From Bacteroidales bacterium (GTDB lineage Bacteria > Bacteroidota > Bacteroidia > Bacteroidales > UBA7960): a stretch of DNA of 64,000 bases. Numbering within the stretch: the first letter of the stretch is position 1; each line of letters opens with the position of its first letter. The stretch is taken from positions 881 through 64,880 of the forward strand of contig JAWLHS010000001.1 of NCBI GenBank assembly GCA_041690235.1, read 5' to 3'. Below, piece after piece: positions 58,384 through 64,000 of the stretch. The translations under genes and the position numbers were made by a program. The notes beneath the pieces are model-generated. The model was not told the origin of the DNA, made no database searches, and saw only the letters and a program-made list of their open reading frames with translations.

Positions 58384-61323
58384 ATGAAGCAAAAATGCAT
58401 CATTTTCCTGACCCTGTTGCTGCTGGCCGGCGGCGCCTATGCCCAGCGCATAACTGTCAGGGGGACCGTCCGGTCGATCATGGAAGACAATATCACCATG
58501 CCCGGAGTCACCATCATGGTAGAAGGCACCACACAGGGAACCATTACCGACATTGAAGGGAGGTATGCCATTGAAGTCGAACCCGACGCCAACCTTGTTT
58601 TTTCCTATGTAGGAATGGAAACCCAGGTGGTTCCCGTTCAGGGCCGCACCACCATTGATGTAGGGATGCGGATGGACGTGGCCCGGCTGGGAGAAGTGGT
58701 TGTGGTCGGTTACGGCACAGAGTCGAGCCGCCTGATATCGGGCTCAATGGGCGTTGTCGGAGAAGGAGAGATTCGTGACATCCCGCTGCGAACCGTCGAC
58801 GGTGTGTTACAGGGACGCTCTGCCGGGGTACAGATCAGTCAAAGTTCCGGAACACCGGGATCTGCCGCATCCGTGCGCATCAGGGGGAACAGTTCCATCA
58901 CGGCAGGAAACGAACCCCTGTATGTCATCGATGGCATACCTCTTACCACCGGAAACTACGGACAGGTCGGGTTCAGCGGACAGGGCATCACGGCCCTTTC
59001 TGACATCAACCCCAACGACATCGAATCCATCACGGTCCTGAAAGATGCTTCAGCGGCGGCGATCTACGGAGCCAGGGCCACCAACGGGGTCATCCTGATC
59101 ACCACCCGCAGGGGGGCTCAGAAGGAAACCACCATCAACTTTAACGCCAGCGTAGGAATGCAGGAGGTGGTGGAACTCCAGGAAATGCTGAATGCAGAGC
59201 AATGGCACGACTACCGGGGCACTCAGCCTGAACCGGGAGAACCCCTTGTCGACACCGACTGGCTCAGCCAGGTCTTCCGGACCGCCCCCATGTCAAACTA
59301 TGAACTGTCGGCCACCGGCGGGGGGGAGAATACGAACTTCTTTGTTTCAGGAAACTATTTTAACCAGGAAGGGATATTGCTTGGCACCTCTTACGAACGC
59401 CTGAACACCCGCCTGAACCTGGACCACCGCATCAGTGACCGGGCAAGCATGGGCGTGAGCTTCGGGGCCAGTTATTCCCTGAACAACCGGGTTGAAGGCG
59501 ACCAGTCGCTCAACGGGGTACTGCCCAACGCCTTGACCATGCCACCCATCCACCCGGTTTACAACGAAGACGGTTCCTATAATGAACACGGGCCCTATGC
59601 CAACCCGGTTGCCATCGGGAAAGAAGCCATCAATGAAGCACACTCCTACCGTACCATTGGAAACGCTTTCCTGGACTACCGGATATTCGATAAGCTGAGT
59701 TTCAACACAAAGTGGGGCTTTGACCTTCTGAGCCTGCGTGAACACAGTTACGACCCGCCCACGACCAGGCAGGGGGCCAGGTCGAACGGCATCGGACTGG
59801 AAGCCCAGAATAATGTAATGAATATCGTGTCCAATAATGTGCTCAGATACGTCAACACTTTTTCTGCAGTTCATAACGTGGAAGCCCTGGCCGGATACTC
59901 GTTCGAAATCTTCCAGCGCAGAAACCAGTTCTCACGCGGGGTGGACTTCCCCGGACCGTACTTCGAATACATCAGCGAGGCAGCCACCATCACGGATGCT
60001 TATGCCAGGGCCGTAAACCGGGGCATCAACTCTTATTTCGGTCAGGCCAAATACAACTATGATTACAAATACATCTTCTCATTCAGCGGGCGCCTTGATG
60101 GTTCCTCCAAGTTCGGGGAAAACAACCGCTACGGGTTTTTTCCAGCCGCATCCCTTGCCTGGCGCATTTCGGAGGAAGGTTTCTTTCAAAACATGAATAC
60201 CCCTTTCAATGAGTTCCGGCTCAGGTTAAGCTACGGACTGACCGGGAACGATGGAATTCCCGATTTTGCCTTCCTGAACCTCTACCGGGGCGGGGCCAAT
60301 TACCTGGGACAGGCCGGCATTGCGCCCTCCCAGCTTCCCAACCCTGACCTGAAGTGGGAAACCACCTCCCAGCGTAACATCGGAATGGACGTTGGACTGT
60401 GGAACGACAGGCTGGAAGTCTCCGTCGATTATTACAACAACCAAACCAAAGACCTGCTCTTCAGCCGTCCGGTCTCCATGACCTCTGGATATTCCAGCAT
60501 CACATCCAACATCGGCGAACTCGAAAACAAAGGGGTGGAACTTTCCATTTCCTCTGTCAACCTGCAGTCGGCCGACCTCGAATGGATAACCCGGCTAAAC
60601 CTCAGTCACAACCGCAACCAGGTGCTTTCCCTTTATAAGGATCAGCCCCTTGACAACCTGGGAAGAGGAAGCAACAGCGTCAGGGTGGGCGAACCCATGG
60701 GCATTTTCTTTGGTTACAGAAGCCTGGGCGTGGACCCCTCCACCGGGGAAATGGTATTTGACGATGTGAACGGGGACGGCCTGATCAATGCCGATGACCG
60801 TGTGAAGATTGGAGATCCCAATCCGGATTTGACCGGCGGACTAACCAATAACCTGCGGTACAAACAATTCGATTTGTCTGTTTTCCTTCAATTCTCCTAT
60901 GGCAACGACATTTTCAATGGGAACCGCCTGTACATCGAGTCCATGAAAGGCTCGGACAACCAAAGCATCGCCATTCTTGACCGGTGGCGGCAACCGGGCG
61001 ACAGGACCCACGTACCCCGGGTGACCGAAACCGACCCCAATAACAACAACCGCATTTCTTCACGATTTATAGAAGACGGTTCCTACCTGCGGGTCAAAAA
61101 CCTCACCCTCTCCTACAGCCTCAAAAGGGAAACTGCGGAAAAACTGCGCATCAGGAGTGCCCGGATCTATGTAAGCGGACAAAACCTGCTCACCTTTACC
61201 AATTATAGCGGGATGGATCCGGAGGTCAACTATGCAGGGGCTGACAACCTGCGCATCGGTACCGATTTCTTTACCCACCCCCATGCACGCACCGTCTCAC
61301 TGGGAATCAACTTAGGACTCTAA
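58384..61323 (+). CDS. SusC/RagA-family TonB-linked outer membrane protein
   Basis: Signal peptide, CarboxypepD_reg-like domain (VRGTV...PGVTIMVEGTTQGTITDIEGRYAI), plug (ITVLKDASAAAIYGARATNGVILITT), a roughly 980-aa barrel, and a C-terminal SLGINLGL. Confidence 0.9.
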   Translation: MKQKCIIFLTLLLLAGGAYAQRITVRGTVRSIMEDNITMPGVTIMVEGTTQGTITDIEGRYAIEVEPDANLVFSYVGMETQVVPVQGRTTIDVGMRMDVARLGEVVVVGYGTESSRLISGSMGVVGEGEIRDIPLRTVDGVLQGRSAGVQISQSSGTPGSAASVRIRGNSSITAGNEPLYVIDGIPLTTGNYGQVGFSGQGITALSDINPNDIESITVLKDASAAAIYGARATNGVILITTRRGAQKETTINFNASVGMQEVVELQEMLNAEQWHDYRGTQPEPGEPLVDTDWLSQVFRTAPMSNYELSATGGGENTNFFVSGNYFNQEGILLGTSYERLNTRLNLDHRISDRASMGVSFGASYSLNNRVEGDQSLNGVLPNALTMPPIHPVYNEDGSYNEHGPYANPVAIGKEAINEAHSYRTIGNAFLDYRIFDKLSFNTKWGFDLLSLREHSYDPPTTRQGARSNGIGLEAQNNVMNIVSNNVLRYVNTFSAVHNVEALAGYSFEIFQRRNQFSRGVDFPGPYFEYISEAATITDAYARAVNRGINSYFGQAKYNYDYKYIFSFSGRLDGSSKFGENNRYGFFPAASLAWRISEEGFFQNMNTPFNEFRLRLSYGLTGNDGIPDFAFLNLYRGGANYLGQAGIAPSQLPNPDLKWETTSQRNIGMDVGLWNDRLEVSVDYYNNQTKDLLFSRPVSMTSGYSSITSNIGELENKGVELSISSVNLQSADLEWITRLNLSHNRNQVLSLYKDQPLDNLGRGSNSVRVGEPMGIFFGYRSLGVDPSTGEMVFDDVNGDGLINADDRVKIGDPNPDLTGGLTNNLRYKQFDLSVFLQFSYGNDIFNGNRLYIESMKGSDNQSIAILDRWRQPGDRTHVPRVTETDPNNNNRISSRFIEDGSYLRVKNLTLSYSLKRETAEKLRIRSARIYVSGQNLLTFTNYSGMDPEVNYAGADNLRIGTDFFTHPHARTVSLGINLGL

Positions 61324-61335
61324 ACCAAGAAAAAG

Positions 61336-62688
61336 ATGAAAAAGACAGTAATAATCTCCGCAATCATTGCATTGTTTCTCCCGGCCTGCGAGATCCTCGA
61401 GGTAGATCCGTCACACTCCATGCCAGCCGACCAGGCCATTACCGATGCCACAGGGGTACAAAGGGGCATTCTGGGCTGTTACGACGCCATGCAGGGTGTA
61501 GGACATTATGGTCGCAACTACATTGTGGTGGGCGATCTGACAACCGACATTCTGACCTGGTCTGGCACCACGGCGGGCTACAATCAAATCAACAACAACA
61601 CCATTCTTGCCGACAACGTAATCGTTGAGGGCATTTGGGCAAGTATATACAACGGACTGAACCGGATCAACAACGTCATTGTCCAGATACCGGGCGTGGA
61701 AAACATGACAACGGAAGGGAAAAACAAAGCCCTGGCCGAGCTCTATTTCCTGCGGGCCCTGCATCACTATGACCTGGTCAGGCTGTTCGGGGACATCCCG
61801 ATGCGGACCGCACCGGTATTTGCCGATGAAGCAAGCCTTAATGTGCCAAGAGATCCGGTCAGCGAGGTGATGCAGCTGGTTCATGACGACCTGGACTTTG
61901 CCATCCTGCACCTGGCCCCGGAGATTACCCGTGGCAAGGCATCCAAAGCAGCCGCACAGGCGCTGAAGGCAAGGGTTTCACTACATTCCTATTTCATGAC
62001 ATCCCAAACCAGCTACCTGAACGATGCCAAAACCCATGCCTCGGCAGTTATTGACCATCCCGGACTGGAACTTGAAACCAATTACCAGGTGCTGTTCTCA
62101 GGGGAATCTAACAGTGAAGCCATTTTTGAGGTGGAGTTCAATGAACAGGACCGCAACCGATATGCAGAGTATTTTTTTCATACCTCCATGAGCGGACGCT
62201 ACGAATTTTCCCCGACCCCCTCTTTTATTGACTCTTTCGCCCCGGATGACATCCGGAAAGATGTCATTATCGGCACAGCACTGGGCAATCCATTTGCCAA
62301 TAAATACAACGATATTGTTTCAGGTACGGATAATGCACCCGTACTGCGCCTGGCAGAAATGTACCTGATCAGGGCCGAAGCGGAAACCGAGTTGCAGGGC
62401 AACCCGGCCAGCATCCGCCGGGATATTGATGCCATCAGGGTAAGGGCCGGACTCTTACCAACGACCATATCCGACAACAATTACCAGGCATTCAGGCTGG
62501 AAATTGAATCCCAGCGGATGAAAGAGTTTGCTTTCGAAGGCCATCGATGGTTTGACCTGATCAGAACCGGAAGGGCCCTGGCCGTCCTCGAAAACCTGAA
62601 CTCTGAGAACCAAACCCTGTTCCCGATTCCGCTGACAGAGATTCTGGCAAACGACAACCCGGGAATGACCCAAAACCCCGGCTACTAA
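61336..62688 (+). CDS. RagB/SusD-family nutrient-binding outer membrane lipoprotein
   Basis: Lipobox LPAC. SusD-like pattern (RAEAETEL, EFAFEGHRWFDLIRTG, LFPIP). It starts 12 nt after susC. Confidence 0.9.
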   Translation: MKKTVIISAIIALFLPACEILEVDPSHSMPADQAITDATGVQRGILGCYDAMQGVGHYGRNYIVVGDLTTDILTWSGTTAGYNQINNNTILADNVIVEGIWASIYNGLNRINNVIVQIPGVENMTTEGKNKALAELYFLRALHHYDLVRLFGDIPMRTAPVFADEASLNVPRDPVSEVMQLVHDDLDFAILHLAPEITRGKASKAAAQALKARVSLHSYFMTSQTSYLNDAKTHASAVIDHPGLELETNYQVLFSGESNSEAIFEVEFNEQDRNRYAEYFFHTSMSGRYEFSPTPSFIDSFAPDDIRKDVIIGTALGNPFANKYNDIVSGTDNAPVLRLAEMYLIRAEAETELQGNPASIRRDIDAIRVRAGLLPTTISDNNYQAFRLEIESQRMKEFAFEGHRWFDLIRTGRALAVLENLNSENQTLFPIPLTEILANDNPGMTQNPGY

Positions 62689-62733
62689 AACCCCGGCTAC
62701 CAAACCAGAGTGCAAACCCAAACACATGGAACA

Positions 62734-63609
62734 ATGAATGCAAAAACCAACAACCTTCTCATACTGATGGCCGCAGGGCTCATGGTCCTGTCCATCCACT
62801 CCTGCAAAGATGATCCGGTTCAGATTCCGGAGGCCAGCACCCAGGCCATGTTTTCCTGGGAGATTGACACCCTCCGGGAAGGTGATGCAATCACCGGCTT
62901 CGGCGTTCAGTTTACCAACCAGTCAATCCTGGCCCAGTCGTACCATTGGGACTTTGGAAACGGAGAAACGGCTACAGAAGAAAACCCCTATGTGACCTAT
63001 ACCGAATCCGGACAATATACCGTGACCCTGACAGTGACCAGCGCCTACGACTTGCATTACAACCGCCTGGAACGCACGGCAAACATCACCCTGGCCACCG
63101 GGGCCCTGCCACTGCCCTATATGGAGGATTTTACATCAACCGAGGATATTCCTGAAATGATGACAGTTTGGGATCTTGACGGGGACGGATTTAACTGGTA
63201 CTGGTCAAGCCTGGATGGCATTGGTCATTTGCGCAGCCAGTCGTGGGATCCTGATGAGGGGGCACTGACGCCCGACAACTGGGTGATCACCCCCCACCTT
63301 GAGCTGGGCAGTCTGCAAGGGGACGAACAGATTACCCTGAACTACTGGGTCGGCGTTATGGCCAACACACCAGCCTACCGCCAGGAGCACTACGGGGTGC
63401 TTATTTCGGAGACGGGAACGGAGGCGGAGGACTTCGAGCTGGTGTTTGAAGAAACTTTTGCCCAGGATACCCCGAGGCTGACCCCCCTTCTTCGCACGAT
63501 AGACCTTTCTGCATACCAGGGAAAAACAGTCTTCATCGCCATCAGGCATTTCGATGTCAGCGACAACGACCGCATGTTCCTTGATAAAATTGAAGTCATC
63601 AAAGAATAA
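62734..63609 (+). CDS. PKD domain plus choice-of-anchor-J / cleaved-adhesin-like domain lipoprotein
   Basis: ATG at 62734 gives lipobox SIHSC. PKD motif YHWDFGNGETATEENPYVTYTESGQYTVTLTV. The C-terminal half has WDLDGDGFNWYW and IAIRHF. Confidence 0.65.
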   Translation: MNAKTNNLLILMAAGLMVLSIHSCKDDPVQIPEASTQAMFSWEIDTLREGDAITGFGVQFTNQSILAQSYHWDFGNGETATEENPYVTYTESGQYTVTLTVTSAYDLHYNRLERTANITLATGALPLPYMEDFTSTEDIPEMMTVWDLDGDGFNWYWSSLDGIGHLRSQSWDPDEGALTPDNWVITPHLELGSLQGDEQITLNYWVGVMANTPAYRQEHYGVLISETGTEAEDFELVFEETFAQDTPRLTPLLRTIDLSAYQGKTVFIAIRHFDVSDNDRMFLDKIEVIKE

Positions 63610-63612
63610 CCC

Positions 63613-64000
63613 ATGAAGACACAGGCAAAACACCACATCCTCCTGTTGGCTCTCGCGCTCTGTATGTCCTGCAACCCGTCACAAGAGCGGCAGGAACCCC
63701 CGGGACAACCAAAGGGATCATTAATGATCATCGGGGGCGGCAGTCGTCCGGTGGAACTGGTTCAACGCATGATTGCAGAGGCAGGGCTACTGCAGGATGG
63801 CTACGCAGTCATTCTCCCCATGTCGAGCGCCGAACCCGACTCGGCCATCATCTGGTCCGGCGAGCAGTTTCTTGCACAAGGCGTCACGGCCCTTGCCGGC
63901 TTCAATATTCTGCCAGGGGTGCCGGCCACCCAGGGCCAGCTGGACTCAATAGCGGGAGCCGCACTGATCTATATCAGCGGGGGAAACCAGAACCGTTTTA
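63613..64000 (+). CDS. peptidase S51 family (cyanophycinase-like), lipoprotein-type signal; 3' end outside the window
   Basis: My own translation from ATG 63613: MKTQAKHHILLLALALCMSCNPSQ...GSLMIIGGGSRP...YAVILPMSS...ALIYISGGNQNRF. The IIGGG and SGGNQ motifs are characteristic of cyanophycinase/S51. The ORF is open to the window end. Confidence 0.65.
   Translation, partial: MKTQAKHHILLLALALCMSCNPSQERQEPPGQPKGSLMIIGGGSRPVELVQRMIAEAGLLQDGYAVILPMSSAEPDSAIIWSGEQFLAQGVTALAGFNILPGVPATQGQLDSIAGAALIYISGGNQNRF

Noticed and set aside
1-64000. Sigma-54 promoters (TGGCAC-N5-TTGC), given that rpoN is encoded here.
   Set aside because: The TGGCAC-like strings I noticed (for example near 2770 and 30301) lie inside coding regions and lack a correctly spaced TTGC. 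No convincing intergenic -24/-12 element was seen by eye, but a proper pattern scan is needed.

Overview
The window is 64 kb of chromosomal sequence that looks like a Bacteroidota genome. Supporting this are a SusC/SusD pair, TTTG/TAnnTTTG-type promoters, RpoN, a PorT-like OMP, a TonB-dependent receptor and several orphan MacB/FtsX-type permeases. All calls were made by eye from motifs in the supplied ORF translations; no searches were run. I count about 55 protein genes, one tRNA-Leu(CAA), one 106-bp tandem repeat and a few intrinsic terminators and promoters. I saw no transposase, integrase, cas gene, CRISPR array or rRNA. Housekeeping blocks: sufB-sufC-sufD-sufS-(membrane ORF)-sufE-DUF59, gcvH, tonB, recG, rpoN, asnS, and prs / rplY-pth-nudix. 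Candidates for something new, best first: (1) A tightly packed five-gene operon at 2-7446. It joins a HydBC/Bfu-type NuoE-NuoF fusion and a chimeric GltD-like Fe-S flavoprotein that lacks its NAD(P)H-binding domain to a membrane 4Fe-4S protein and two extracytoplasmic BamB-like beta-propellers. No recognisable terminal catalytic subunit is present. (2) An AT-rich block at about 23.1-27.8 kb carrying a four-gene operon: hybrid HK, REC-HisKA_2 kinase, LytTR regulator and SAM methyltransferase. Its architecture parallels the Ralstonia phcBSRQ methyl-ester quorum-sensing locus. (3) A SusC/SusD locus followed by a PKD lipoprotein and a lipoprotein-type S51 (cyanophycinase-like) peptidase, cut by the window end. 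(4) A structured 106-bp tandem repeat at 7453-7737. (5) A kinase-less 5TMR-LYT/PAS sensor translationally coupled to an SBP-histidine kinase. The ORF track uses TTG/GTG as well as ATG starts, so several starts below were moved to the first plausible ATG.
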